Below the pieces are notes generated by a model that saw only the letters and a list, made by a program, of their open reading frames with translations, did no database searches and was not told the origin of the DNA. Made by a program: the position numbers and the translations under genes. This document shows positions 51,991 through 62,721 of a DNA stretch of 64,000 bases, piece by piece. Every line of letters begins with the position of its first letter. Within the stretch, counting starts at the first letter, position 1. The stretch comes from Syntrophales bacterium (lineage in GTDB: Bacteria; Desulfobacterota; Syntrophia; Syntrophales; UBA2210), in the NCBI GenBank assembly GCA_963666365.2, contig CAXXNF010000001.1:608001-672000 (forward strand), written 5' to 3'.

Positions 51991-53658
51991 CTATTTTTGC
52001 TTCCCCTTCTGCTTTTGAATCTCTTCATCTCTCAACATTCTTCTCAGCACCTTCCCGACAGCCGACTGCGGGAGGGTATCCCGGAACTCAACCGTCTTCG
52101 GCACCTTGTAGCCGGTCAGCTTTTCACGGCAGAACGAGATGATGTCATCCGCCGTGGCCGCCTCGCCCTCTCTCAGCACCACAAACGCTTTGACCGTTTC
52201 ACCCCTGTACTCATGAGGGACACCGACCGATATCGCCTCTTTGATCTTCGGGTGCCCATGCAGGACCTCGTCAATCTCCCGGGGATAAATATTGAATCCA
52301 CCGGCAATGATCATGTCTTTTTTCCGGTCGACGATGAAGAAGTACCCGTCTTCGTCCTGTATGGCGACATCACCGGTATAAAGCCATCCGTCCTTGATCT
52401 GCCCGGCGGTTTCTTCCGGTTTATTCCAATAGCCCTTCGTCACCGTGGGACTCTTTATTATCATCTCGCCCGGTTCGCCACGCGGGACTTCATTGACGCC
52501 CGCGGTAAGATCTACAAGGCGTATATCCGTATCAATGACGGGAATGCCGATGCTTCCATTCTTTGAAAGACCGAGAAGGGGATTTAATGTGCCGGCACAG
52601 GTGGTTTCGCTCATGGACCATCCCTCGCTGTAGAAAATACCCATATTGTTTATACGATTAATCGTTTCGACAGGCATGGGCGCGCCACCGGAGTTTAAAA
52701 GCCCCAACTTACGGTCGAGACCGAGCGCTTCCGCCCTCGGATGATTGATGATTGCGGAAATCATTGTAGGCACTGTGGGAAAAGAGAAAATCTCCTTGTA
52801 GTGTGCCAGAAGCTCCATCATCTCATCGATCTGAAATTCAGGCACAAGTATCTGGGTTCCGCAATTGAACATGGCGATGTTGAGAACACCGATATTCCCA
52901 TAGATATGAAAAAAAGGAATCGCACCCATCCAAAACCGACGTTCCGGCGGTATCAACTGCATTACTGGACCCAGCCAAAGCGAGAGGCCCACCGTTGCGG
53001 CAATTACGTTGGCGTGGGACAGAACGGCCCCCTTGGGCACTCCCGTGGTACCTCCCGTAAATTGAATAAGCGCAGGATCTTCCGGTCGGATGTTCACTCG
53101 GGGACGGCGCGTGTCGGTACATTCCTCAAGAATCTTGGAATAATAGCACCAGCCGGCTTCCAGTTCCGGAGGCGTTTTCGACTCACCTGACTTTGCGAAA
53201 TCCCGCAGCCTTGTTACAATTACCCCTGTGATTTCCACATGCTTTGAAAGGGTACTCACCGTCGGAAGCGCCGTATCGATAGTAAAAAGGGTCGTAATGC
53301 CGGTAGACTCAAAAACTCCTCTCAGCTCTTCAGCCGTGTAAAGGGGGTTGAGATTGACCACAATTGCCCCGAGAGACAGCACCGCATAATAGGCGATGAC
53401 ATATTGAGGACACGTGGGCAGATGCATTCCGACGCGATCCCCCTGTCGCACCCCCATGGCGCCCAGTGCATTGGCCATGCGCAGCACCTGGCACCGCAAT
53501 TGCCAGAATGTGATTTCGGCCCCCAGAAAGTGCACCGCCGCCTTGTCGGGATAGGCATTGGCGGGAATCTGAAGCAGATCGGATACGGCAAGACGGGGAA
53601 TGCGAGTGGTGATGGGTACGTTATAATCATAATGCCTATGCCATAACCTATGCTCCAT
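51991..53658 (-). CDS. Long-chain fatty acid--CoA ligase
   Basis: FTGGTTGVPKG, WSMSET, WLYTGD, DRKKD, GKVLR. Confidence 0.92.
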   Translation of the reverse strand: MEHRLWHRHYDYNVPITTRIPRLAVSDLLQIPANAYPDKAAVHFLGAEITFWQLRCQVLRMANALGAMGVRQGDRVGMHLPTCPQYVIAYYAVLSLGAIVVNLNPLYTAEELRGVFESTGITTLFTIDTALPTVSTLSKHVEITGVIVTRLRDFAKSGESKTPPELEAGWCYYSKILEECTDTRRPRVNIRPEDPALIQFTGGTTGVPKGAVLSHANVIAATVGLSLWLGPVMQLIPPERRFWMGAIPFFHIYGNIGVLNIAMFNCGTQILVPEFQIDEMMELLAHYKEIFSFPTVPTMISAIINHPRAEALGLDRKLGLLNSGGAPMPVETINRINNMGIFYSEGWSMSETTCAGTLNPLLGLSKNGSIGIPVIDTDIRLVDLTAGVNEVPRGEPGEMIIKSPTVTKGYWNKPEETAGQIKDGWLYTGDVAIQDEDGYFFIVDRKKDMIIAGGFNIYPREIDEVLHGHPKIKEAISVGVPHEYRGETVKAFVVLREGEAATADDIISFCREKLTGYKVPKTVEFRDTLPQSAVGKVLRRMLRDEEIQKQKGKQK

Positions 53659-54145
53659 AATCTCACCTCGATTAATAGTTGTGGGCTTTTTCTCTACAGT
53701 GTGGTGACCCCTGCCAACATATTACAGTAGTGCAGTCTACAGCACTGAAGAAATATCTGTCAATTTGATATGGTGATTTACAATAAATAGTGTTTTATCA
53801 TAAATCAGTTCACTATTATTTTATCAGGGGAGGAAGACAGGCACTTAAATTCTGAAATGTAAAATTTTTGTGACTACTTGAAATATTTGGATTTGGATAC
53901 CAGACGCAACGTGCAAACCGGGCAATACAGACACGCGTTCCCCCATTCCAAAGGAGCAATTTGTTTCCGCTGCTTTATCATTATCCGATAAATCAGATCC
54001 CATCTACTCCCCTTTCTATTTTACCGGATGAAACGACGCCATCGATTCCGCCGCGTTGAAAAAATCGTTCAAAGGCACCGCAACAGTATGAAAACCAACA
54101 AAATATTATACACACACTCCATATAAGGATTGTGTGTTGTTAGAA

Positions 54146-54179
54146 AAGGGCGGAAGACCTTATTCGGTTTCCCGCCCTT
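54146..54179 (-). terminator. Terminator downstream of SBP paralog 2
   Basis: AAGGGCGG/CCGCCCTT stem with a minus-strand T-run. Confidence 0.6.
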
Positions 54180-54224
54180 CGCTTCACATAACTGCCGCCC
54201 AATTCCGGCGCAGCACCGTCTTTT

Positions 54225-55574
54225 TTATTTCTTACACCTTTCCAGATCCTCAGGAATCGGCGGCGTACAGTATTCGGCCGGAATCGTCACAACCTTTCCG
54301 TAACTCGCGGCGCCTTCTCCCCAGAAGCGACCGGGATACTCAAATTCGGTGGCATACATGTTCTTGACCGCCTGGTGATCGCAGGCCCGCATCTTCATCA
54401 CGCCCGTGAGTCCCTTGTACTCATCCCCTTCAAACTTGGCAATGAACTTCTCGGCATCGGTGGAACCGGCTCTTTCAAAGACATCAAGCATCCAATAGAG
54501 CTGATCGACACAGGAACCAAGCACCGTAATGGGATATTTGTATTCGATAGTGTCGTAAGGGCTCTTCCAGTTCTTCCACTCTTTGTGCCAGGCCGCCACG
54601 AAGGCCTTGTTCTCGGGGGTGTCGCAGGTGATCAAGTAATCGTTGACATTGACATGCCCCTTGCCGGCTTCTCCAAGGGCCTCGTAATTCTGAGGGGTAT
54701 CGCCATAAAGATGGGCTACGGGAATATTGGTCTGGAGGCTTTTAAGCGTGAGCATCAGATTTACTGAGTCCGGCTTCCAGTCTGCCGTATAGAGCACCTC
54801 GGCCCCGGAACCTTTGACACGTGTAACGTAAGGGGCAAAGTCTTTCATGAAAAGGGGATGATAGACTTCATCAAGGATTACCGCCTGCGGTTTGTACTTT
54901 TTCAATCCGTTCTTGAAAGCATCGGCCATTTCGTGACCGAAGAGATAATCCTGATCCAGAATGTAAAATTTCGTCTCCGGCCGCTTTGAATAGAAATAGG
55001 CCATGGCATCGCCGAACATGGAGGAATTCAGGCAGGTTCTAAAGGAATAGCGGTTGAAATTCTTCCCGTCCAGGAGGTTTGCCGAATTGGCGCACATAAC
55101 CACATAGGGAGTTTTGTATTTCTTGGCAACGCTCTGAAGCACCAGCGAAATATGGCTTCCGTTGGTCCCTACCATCAGATTTACTTTTTCTTCGAGACAC
55201 ATTCTCTCGGCCATCTTTTTTGCCGGAGACGGTTTTCCCTGGGTATCGCCTTTGATGATCTCTATCAATTTTTTCTTGCCGTCCACCGAGATGCCGCCCC
55301 GCTTGTTCAGATCGTGGGCAACCCACCCCGACTGACACCAATACAACTCTCCGTTCCCGGCGCCCGGTCCGGAAAAAATCATCATAATCCCGATCTTAAA
55401 CGTATCGCCTGTCGGAATGTTCTGATTGCTTGGATCATATCCGGTCATATCTGACACTTTCGTCATGTCATAGCCGGGCATTGCAGCCGCCGGCATGCTG
55501 ATCCCCATAGTCATAAGTGCCAGCAATGAACAAACAGCCATTAACTTCCCCACACTTTTAAACGATCCCTTCAT
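54225..55574 (-). CDS. ABC transporter substrate-binding protein, LivJ/K-like (paralog 2)
   Basis: Same motifs as paralog 1; start may instead be 55580 or 55583. Confidence 0.88.
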   Translation of the reverse strand: MKGSFKSVGKLMAVCSLLALMTMGISMPAAAMPGYDMTKVSDMTGYDPSNQNIPTGDTFKIGIMMIFSGPGAGNGELYWCQSGWVAHDLNKRGGISVDGKKKLIEIIKGDTQGKPSPAKKMAERMCLEEKVNLMVGTNGSHISLVLQSVAKKYKTPYVVMCANSANLLDGKNFNRYSFRTCLNSSMFGDAMAYFYSKRPETKFYILDQDYLFGHEMADAFKNGLKKYKPQAVILDEVYHPLFMKDFAPYVTRVKGSGAEVLYTADWKPDSVNLMLTLKSLQTNIPVAHLYGDTPQNYEALGEAGKGHVNVNDYLITCDTPENKAFVAAWHKEWKNWKSPYDTIEYKYPITVLGSCVDQLYWMLDVFERAGSTDAEKFIAKFEGDEYKGLTGVMKMRACDHQAVKNMYATEFEYPGRFWGEGAASYGKVVTIPAEYCTPPIPEDLERCKK

Positions 55575-55734
55575 TCTCACCACATCCTTTCTTAAAGTCG
55601 TTGAGTGATTTATATACTGTCTTTTGAAACATATAAGAATATGGCGATAAGTCGTAGAGGATGATTACCCTATTTTGACTGCTCCAAAACCTTAGTGCGG
55701 GCAGGTATTCGGAGCATATTGCTTCTGAAAAAGA

Positions 55735-55775
55735 AAAGGCCCCGCGGGAAGTATCACACTTCCCGCGGGGCCTTT
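55735..55775 (-). terminator. Strong hairpin terminator downstream of SBP paralog 3
   Basis: 18-bp perfect stem AAAGGCCCCGCGGGAAGT/ACTTCCCGCGGGGCCTTT with a minus-strand T-tract. Confidence 0.8.
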
Positions 55776-55810
55776 GTCTACCCCCCGACGTCAAATCACT
55801 TGAGATGACG

Positions 55811-57145
55811 CTATTTGTTGCAGCGAGGGAGATCGGCCGGCACCGGCGGCGTACAGAATTCCGCCGGAATGGTGATGGCCTTTCCGTAACTGGCAGCGCC
55901 TTCAAAGAAGGGGCTGGGATATACGAATTCGGTGGCATACATGGGTTTGATCGCCTGATGATCGCAGGCGCGCATCTTCATGACCCCGGTCAGGCCCTTG
56001 TACTCGTCATCCTCGAATTTCGCAATAAACTTCTCTGGATCAGTTGAACCGGCGCGTTCAAACACATCAAGAATCCAGTACATCTGATCGCTGGCGGAAC
56101 CGAGAACGGTAATGGGGTACTTATATTCGATCGTATCGAATGGGCTCTTCCAGTTCTTCCATGCGGTGTACCAGGCGTTCACAAAGGCTTTGTTTTCCGG
56201 CGTATCGCAGGTAATAAGATAATCGTTGACGTTGACCTTTCCCTTTCCCATGGGACCGAGAGCCCGGTAATTTTCCGGATTGTCGGCATAGAGATTGGCC
56301 ACGGGGAGAGCGACCTCAAGACTTTTCAGGGTCATCAGCAGATTTTCCGAATCGGGTTTCCAGTCCCCCGTATAGATCACCTCGGCGCCAGAACCTTTAA
56401 TCTTTGTCACATAGGGAGCAAAGTCTTTCATAAAGAGCGGGTGATAAACTTCGTCAACAATCACTGCCTCGGGCTTGTACTTCTTCAACCCCTCTTTGAA
56501 TGAATTCGCCATTTCATGCCCGAAGAGATAATCCTGGCAGAGGATGTAGAATTTCTTCTCAGGTCGTTTTGAATAGAAATAGGCCATGGCATCGCCAAAC
56601 ATGGAAGAATCCAGGCAGGTCCTGAAACTGTGGCGGTTGAAATTGGTACCACTCATGAGGTTTTTCGCATTTGCCGCCAGCACCACGTAAGGTGTCTTAT
56701 ACTTGTCGGCAACACTCTGAAGGACGAGCGAAATATGACTGCCGTTGGTCCCCACCATCAACTGCACCTTTTCCTCGAGACACATCCGTTCGGCCATCTT
56801 CTTGGCCGGAGCGGGCTTGCCCTGGGTATCCGCCTTTATCAGTTCAATCAATTTTTTCTTTCCGTCCACCGCAAGGCCGCCCCGTTTATTGATGTCGTAG
56901 GCAACCCAGGAAGACTGAGACCAAAAAAGCCTGCCGTTGCCGGCGCCGGCGCCCGAGAAAATCCACATTAAGCCAATTTTGAATGTATCATCCGCCTTGG
57001 GATTTTCATAGGTGGATGGATCAAAACCGCTCATGTCGGAAACCTTGGCAAGATCATACCCCGGCATTGCAAGAGCGGGAACGGCTAATCCGAGAACCAA
57101 AACCAGGCTGCACAATCCGACGCACCATACAAAATACTTTCTCAT
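55811..57145 (-). CDS. ABC transporter substrate-binding protein, LivJ/K-like (paralog 3)
   Basis: Same motifs; very similar to paralog 2; GGAGG RBS. Confidence 0.9.
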   Translation of the reverse strand: MRKYFVWCVGLCSLVLVLGLAVPALAMPGYDLAKVSDMSGFDPSTYENPKADDTFKIGLMWIFSGAGAGNGRLFWSQSSWVAYDINKRGGLAVDGKKKLIELIKADTQGKPAPAKKMAERMCLEEKVQLMVGTNGSHISLVLQSVADKYKTPYVVLAANAKNLMSGTNFNRHSFRTCLDSSMFGDAMAYFYSKRPEKKFYILCQDYLFGHEMANSFKEGLKKYKPEAVIVDEVYHPLFMKDFAPYVTKIKGSGAEVIYTGDWKPDSENLLMTLKSLEVALPVANLYADNPENYRALGPMGKGKVNVNDYLITCDTPENKAFVNAWYTAWKNWKSPFDTIEYKYPITVLGSASDQMYWILDVFERAGSTDPEKFIAKFEDDEYKGLTGVMKMRACDHQAIKPMYATEFVYPSPFFEGAASYGKAITIPAEFCTPPVPADLPRCNK

Positions 57146-57456
57146 AAACCCCTCCTTTTTTCCCGTAGACCATTATAATATTGAAGAAAAGACGCACTCC
57201 CAAAAAGTTCGCGCTCCCCTCCCCTAGAGCTGAGGCTGGGACATCATTTGACCTCAACACTCCGAAACCCCAGCCGTCTACGCTTTTTCCTTAGATTGTG
57301 TAAGATATTTACTTATACACACAGAAAACGTTCAAATGCAATAGCAAAACAGAATTTATTGCCCTTCATAGTCATTCTTTCTGTTGCTCAATGCGGCTAC
57401 CATGAAAGATTTGAATGATGCCATTGATGCTATCGCTGCAGATGACCACATAAAGC

Positions 57457-57583
57457 AAATAAAGGGACACTTCCCTATTTAAACAGCGTTTAGAGCGTTT
57501 GGGACGTTTAGACAACAGCAATCTGAACGTTCATAACGTTACTAACGATCCTCACGATTTAATAGGGAAGTGTCCCTTTATTT
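57457..57583. repeat. REP/REPIN- or MITE-like element with 23-bp perfect inverted repeats
   Basis: AAATAAAGGGACACTTCCCTATT (57457-57479) / AATAGGGAAGTGTCCCTTTATTT (57561-57583); interior has degenerate 9-nt tandem units. Confidence 0.8.
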
Positions 57584-59140
57584 AAGAATGTATCCCTCGG
57601 CAAGTGCGGTGAATTCCTCAATCTGGACTTTCTGCCACCGGCGTCGGCGTCCCAGTTCCTTTGCCATGAGGCGGGCCACTTCCGGGGCCATTCGAATGGC
57701 GGCCCTGGCATCGAGAAAAAGCGCCCTGGTCCTTCGCGCCAGCACATCCTCCACTGTTCTTGCCATTTCGTGCCGTGCGGCCCAGACTACTTCGGCTTTC
57801 ACCGTGGGAAGGGCCTCGTCAAGTTTTTCTCCCAGTTTGGGAGTGCGTTCGATCATGCGGCGAATGGCAATGGAATCGGAACCGTAGGCATGGAGAAAAT
57901 CACCCTTGTCCAGGTTTTTTAGCCACCCGTGGATTCGAAGATGGGCTGATGTGCTGGGACGTTCATCGAGACCGGCCACAAGGACCGCTTTGTCAATCGT
58001 ATCCTGCCCCATTTTACGGTAGGTGGTCCATTTTCCTCCTACCAGCGTCACCAAGCCCGAAAGCGATACGAGAATCTTGTGGCTTCGGGAAATTTCCTTG
58101 GTCGGCTTGCTCTCGTCATGGGTTGCCGCCAGAGGACGAAGGCCGGCAAAGACACTGAGGACATCGGTTCGTTTCGGCGTCTTCTCCAGATATCGCGCCG
58201 CGTTGTTCAATATGAAGTCGATCTCTTCGTCCAGGGCGCGGGGCTCGAGGCTCGGTCTTTCGACGGGCGTATCGGTGGTCCCGACGACCACCTTGTCATA
58301 CCAGGGAACGGCGAAAAGCACCCTCCCGTCGTCGGTATGGGGAACCATAATCGCCGTTTCACCGGGAAGGAACTCCTTAGCAAGGACCAGATGAACCCCC
58401 TGGCTCGGGGTCACGATATTGAGCGCGTCGGGATCATCCATTTGCAGTATGTCGTCGACGAAAACCCCTGTGGCGTTCACCACTACTCTCCCGTATACCC
58501 GGTATTCCTTACGCGTTTCCAGATCCAGGACACGAACTCCGTTGACCATGTCGCCCGATTTCAACAACCCCGTCACCTTCATGTAATTAAGGGGAGTCCC
58601 CCCCAGGTCGGCCGCGGTCTGCGCCAGATTGAGGGCCAGACGCGCATCGTCGAACTGACCGTCCTGATAAATGATTCCTCCTCGAAGCCCCTCGGTTTTC
58701 ACAGTGGGTATATATTTGAGGGTTTCCTTTTTCGTCAGGCTTTTGGAGGGTCCCAGCCCCAGTTTTCCCGCAAGCATGTCGTACACTTTCAGTCCTATGC
58801 GGTAAAAAGGTCCGTCCCACCATTCGTAACTGGGAACGACGAAATTTTGATTGCTGACGAGATGGGGCGCATTCTGTCGCAGAAGCCCCCGCTCGTGCAG
58901 TGCCTCCAGCACCATGGATACATCCCCCTGCTGGAGATATCGCACCCCTCCGTGAATCAGTTTGGTGCTTCGGCTCGATGTGCCCTTTGAAAAATCTGAT
59001 TGTTCCAGCAGAAGGCAGGTGTAGCCCCGTGAACTTGCCTCCACGGCTGTTCCCAGGCCGGAAGCGCCTCCTCCTATCACAATAATATCCCATACCTCAT
59101 CAAATGCCTCCAGGGTGGCGATCATATCTTCTCGTATCAT
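57578..59140 (-). CDS. glpD: FAD-dependent glycerol-3-phosphate dehydrogenase
   Basis: VIGGGASG, GTSSRSTKLIHGGVRYL, DDARL, AGLRPL, GGKWTTYR. Confidence 0.94.
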   Translation of the reverse strand: MIREDMIATLEAFDEVWDIIVIGGGASGLGTAVEASSRGYTCLLLEQSDFSKGTSSRSTKLIHGGVRYLQQGDVSMVLEALHERGLLRQNAPHLVSNQNFVVPSYEWWDGPFYRIGLKVYDMLAGKLGLGPSKSLTKKETLKYIPTVKTEGLRGGIIYQDGQFDDARLALNLAQTAADLGGTPLNYMKVTGLLKSGDMVNGVRVLDLETRKEYRVYGRVVVNATGVFVDDILQMDDPDALNIVTPSQGVHLVLAKEFLPGETAIMVPHTDDGRVLFAVPWYDKVVVGTTDTPVERPSLEPRALDEEIDFILNNAARYLEKTPKRTDVLSVFAGLRPLAATHDESKPTKEISRSHKILVSLSGLVTLVGGKWTTYRKMGQDTIDKAVLVAGLDERPSTSAHLRIHGWLKNLDKGDFLHAYGSDSIAIRRMIERTPKLGEKLDEALPTVKAEVVWAARHEMARTVEDVLARRTRALFLDARAAIRMAPEVARLMAKELGRRRRWQKVQIEEFTALAEGYILK

Positions 59141-59171
59141 TGCCTGTGACTCCCTTCCTTCTCCAAGGCAT

Positions 59172-60668
59172 TCATTCTTCAATCCACCGTTCGGACCGCC
59201 CGCGAGCCTTCTCCCAATTCCGGCAGAGCATCATCACCTCTTCATGGGCCATGGCGGCATGGAATGTTTCGTCGCGCTTCCATTGAGCGGCAATTTCATC
59301 GTACCCCTGCCAGTACCCCACGGCCAGGCCCGCAAGATAGGCGGCCCCCAGGGCCGTTGTTTCGAGGATCACGGGACGCACCACGGGAATCTTCAGGATG
59401 TCGGCCTGAAACTGCAACAGCAGGTCATTCGATGCGGCGCCTCCATCCACTCGAAGTTCGGCAGCGTCAATGGACGCGTCGGCGCTCATTGCTTTTATCA
59501 CGTCATGTACCTGAAAGGCGATGCCTTCAAGGGCAGCCCGCGCAAGGTGTCCCGCAGTGGTCCCCCGGGTGACGCCGACTATGGTCCCCCGGGCATACTG
59601 GTCCCAGTGCGGCGCGCCGAGGCCGGTAAACGCCGGCACCAGATACACGCCCCCATTGTTTTCGACGGTGCGCGCCAAGGCCTCCACGTCGCCCGATGCC
59701 GCGATCAGTCCCATACCGTCCCGAAGCCACTGAACGACGGCGCCGGCCACAAAGATGCTCCCTTCCAGGGCATAGGTCGTCGTTCCGTCTATCTGCCATG
59801 CAATTGTTGCAAGCAGCTTGTTCTTGGAGAAGATTCGTTCTTCGCCGGTGTTCATCATGACGAAACTGCCCGTACCATAGGTGTTCTTTATCATCCCCCG
59901 CCGGGTGCACATCTGACCGAAGAGGGCCGCCTGCTGGTCCCCGGCAATGCCCCCCAGGGGAATCTTCCTGCCGAAAAGCGCTTCCTCTGTGTACCCGTAT
60001 ATCTCACTGGAGCTTGCCACCTCGGGGAGGATGGACCGAGGAATGTCCATAAGGTTACAGAGTTGTTCGTCCCAGCAGAGATCTTCAATATTATACAGCA
60101 TCGTCCTGCTTGCATTGGATACATCGGTGAGATGCCGTTTCCCGCCCGTCAGATTCCAGAGAAGCCAACTATCGATCGTCCCGAAGGCCAAATCTCCCGC
60201 TTCCGCCTTCCTTCGAGCCCCTTCGACATGTTCCAATATCCAGCGGATTTTCGGTCCTGAAAAATAGGCATCGATGACAAGACCGCAGACATGCCCGATC
60301 ATATCCTCGTATCCCCGATCCTTCAGATCATCGCAGTATGCCGCAGTGCGTCGGTCCTGCCATACAATGGCATTATAGAGAGGTTCTCCGGTTTTTCTGT
60401 CCCAGACCACAGTGGTTTCCCGCTGATTGGTGATGCCGATGGCGGCGATACACTCGACGCCGATTCCCGCCGATGCGATCGCCTCGCGGGCCGTGGAAAT
60501 CTGAGAGTCCAGAATCTCGCGGGGATTCTGTTCCACCCACCCCAGTTGTGGAAAATACTGGGGAAACTCCCGCTGAGACAGGGCAACAACCGCACCCCGG
60601 CGATCGAACAGAATCGCCCGTGAACTGGTCGTCCCCTGATCGAGCGCCAAAATGTACGTTTCCATCAT
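59172..60668 (-). CDS. glpK: Glycerol kinase
   Basis: [41 protein letters not shown]. Confidence 0.96.
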   Translation of the reverse strand: MMETYILALDQGTTSSRAILFDRRGAVVALSQREFPQYFPQLGWVEQNPREILDSQISTAREAIASAGIGVECIAAIGITNQRETTVVWDRKTGEPLYNAIVWQDRRTAAYCDDLKDRGYEDMIGHVCGLVIDAYFSGPKIRWILEHVEGARRKAEAGDLAFGTIDSWLLWNLTGGKRHLTDVSNASRTMLYNIEDLCWDEQLCNLMDIPRSILPEVASSSEIYGYTEEALFGRKIPLGGIAGDQQAALFGQMCTRRGMIKNTYGTGSFVMMNTGEERIFSKNKLLATIAWQIDGTTTYALEGSIFVAGAVVQWLRDGMGLIAASGDVEALARTVENNGGVYLVPAFTGLGAPHWDQYARGTIVGVTRGTTAGHLARAALEGIAFQVHDVIKAMSADASIDAAELRVDGGAASNDLLLQFQADILKIPVVRPVILETTALGAAYLAGLAVGYWQGYDEIAAQWKRDETFHAAMAHEEVMMLCRNWEKARGRSERWIEE

Positions 60669-60937
60669 CTCACCCCCTGGACCTGTTGTAAGGAACCCGC
60701 CTTCGTCGCATCCCCATTCATCACACCTTTTATTGCAATGAGATGTGCTCATGTACGCATCCTGAAGGACTATTGCCCACAACGATATTTTTATCGGAAG
60801 TCTTTATGAACCGCTTCTACGGAATATGTGATAGGATCAAATTTCTCTGAAGTCAAGACAAATCACTGTGCGCACTCTACACCTCAGCACGAAACGTCTT
60901 TGCAGGATTTGCCGCACCATAAGGAATAACGAACAGA

Positions 60938-60966
60938 GGGGCGACGGGGAATTTCCCCGCCGCCCC
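60938..60966 (-). terminator. Hairpin downstream of SBP paralog 4
   Basis: GGGGCGACGGGGA/TCCCCGCCGCCCC stem. Confidence 0.6.
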
Positions 60967-61039
60967 TTCTGGCATCAATGGCACACCCTCTATTCCGTTC
61001 TCAACTGCGCCGGAACAGACCTGCCTGTCCGCGCACTGC

Positions 61040-62389
61040 CTACTTCTTGCATCTATCCAGATCTTCCGGCATCGGGGGCGTGCAGTACTTCGCGGGAATC
61101 ACAACCACATCGCCTGCATTCGACATTTCGTCATACCACTGGTTGGGATGAACATAGACGGTAGCGTAGTGATCCATCACCGCCTGATGATCACAGGCCC
61201 TCATGGTCAGCGGCCCCACGATCGAGTTCCACACATCGCCTTCCCATACTTTGATAATCTTGTCCGGCTTTGTGCTTCCCGCCCTCTTGACCACATCCAT
61301 CAGCCAGTAGGTCTGGGACAGCGTGGCGCCGATGGTGCCGCTGTTCCATTTATACAGAGGGGTGTCGTAAGGCTTGGCCCACTTATTCTTCCACTGATCG
61401 TTCCATTTCTTCAGCCACAGGGCCTTTTCAGGCGTATCGGGGGCGCACAGAAACTGGTTCACATGAATAAGTCCCTTGGTGCCTTCGGGACCGACGCCCG
61501 CCAGTGAATTAGGCTCATCCATAAAGAGGTTCACAAAGGAAAGTTTCATTCCCAGATCACGGGACTGTTTGAGCAGATTGCCTGAATCGGGGAGCCAGTC
61601 GGCAGTATAGACGACTTCGGCGCCGGAACCCATGATCTTGGTAATGTAGGGGGCGAAATCCTTCAGGAAGAGCGGATGATATTCCTGACCCACGATCTCG
61701 ACATCCGGTGCGTACTTCTTCAGACCCTTTATAAATCCTTCCGCCATGTCATGACCGAATAGATAATCCTGACAGAGAATGTAATACTTCTTCTCGGGCC
61801 GCGTGGAGCAGTAATAGGCAGCGGCAAGTCCGTGCATACTGGTGTTCAACATGGTCCTGAAGGTGTAGCGGTTGAAATTCTTGCCGTCCATGAGTCCATC
61901 GGAAAGTGCCAGGACATTCACGAAGATTCTTTTATATTTCTTGGCCACATTCTGAATAATAAGGGCCAAGTGGCTGCCTGTGGTTCCCCAGAGGATGTCT
62001 ACCTTTTCTTCCAGACAGAGTCGTTCGGCTATTTTCTTGCAGACGGCCGGCTTCCCCTGCGTGTCGCCCTTGATTATTTCAAGTTTTTTCTTTTTGCCGT
62101 CCACAAGAATCCCGCCACGCTTGTTCATGTCGTAGGCAATCCAGGTGCATACCAGCCAATAGATCTCGCCGTTGCCGGCCCCTGGTCCCGAAAAAATATT
62201 CATGAGCCCCAGCTTGAGCGTATCTCCCTTGGGATTTTCAAAGGTGTTCGGATCAAAATCCGACATATCGGACATCTCGTGGATGTTAAACCCGGGGGTG
62301 GCAGCGCATACTTCCACTGCCGACAGTCCCAGCGCCATCACACACAAAACCAGCAATGTCACAATGCCATTCATTAAAATTTTCTTCAT
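61040..62389 (-). CDS. ABC transporter substrate-binding protein, LivJ/K-like (paralog 4)
   Basis: Same motifs as paralogs 1-3. Confidence 0.9.
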   Translation of the reverse strand: MKKILMNGIVTLLVLCVMALGLSAVEVCAATPGFNIHEMSDMSDFDPNTFENPKGDTLKLGLMNIFSGPGAGNGEIYWLVCTWIAYDMNKRGGILVDGKKKKLEIIKGDTQGKPAVCKKIAERLCLEEKVDILWGTTGSHLALIIQNVAKKYKRIFVNVLALSDGLMDGKNFNRYTFRTMLNTSMHGLAAAYYCSTRPEKKYYILCQDYLFGHDMAEGFIKGLKKYAPDVEIVGQEYHPLFLKDFAPYITKIMGSGAEVVYTADWLPDSGNLLKQSRDLGMKLSFVNLFMDEPNSLAGVGPEGTKGLIHVNQFLCAPDTPEKALWLKKWNDQWKNKWAKPYDTPLYKWNSGTIGATLSQTYWLMDVVKRAGSTKPDKIIKVWEGDVWNSIVGPLTMRACDHQAVMDHYATVYVHPNQWYDEMSNAGDVVVIPAKYCTPPMPEDLDRCKK

Positions 62390-62721
62390 AACTTCCCCTT
62401 TCTTCTGTTTCGATACCACGTCGTTTATGATTCACAGCTCCGCGCACTCATCACTCACAGCGTAATCTCTGTGGGTGATTGCAATACTACCCTGCGAAAG
62501 GGGTGAAATATATGCTCCTATGTGGGATTTCTATCGTCTCTTTTGCCTATGTAACACTCAGGATCGACCTTATTCCCGATTAAGAAAACATCGTTGCGCA
62601 CCTGTGTTATCCTGAGTTTCGTTAACTTCGCTGCATCGCACCGTTGTGAGACCCCATTAAAGATAAGCAGAGACTTTCCCGATAGTATCTGCTAGAAAAA
62701 AATAAACGAGGTTAGGATTCA

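Noticed and set aside
57481..57560. CRISPR-like array
   Set aside because: Units are 9 nt with no spacers, and there are no cas genes.
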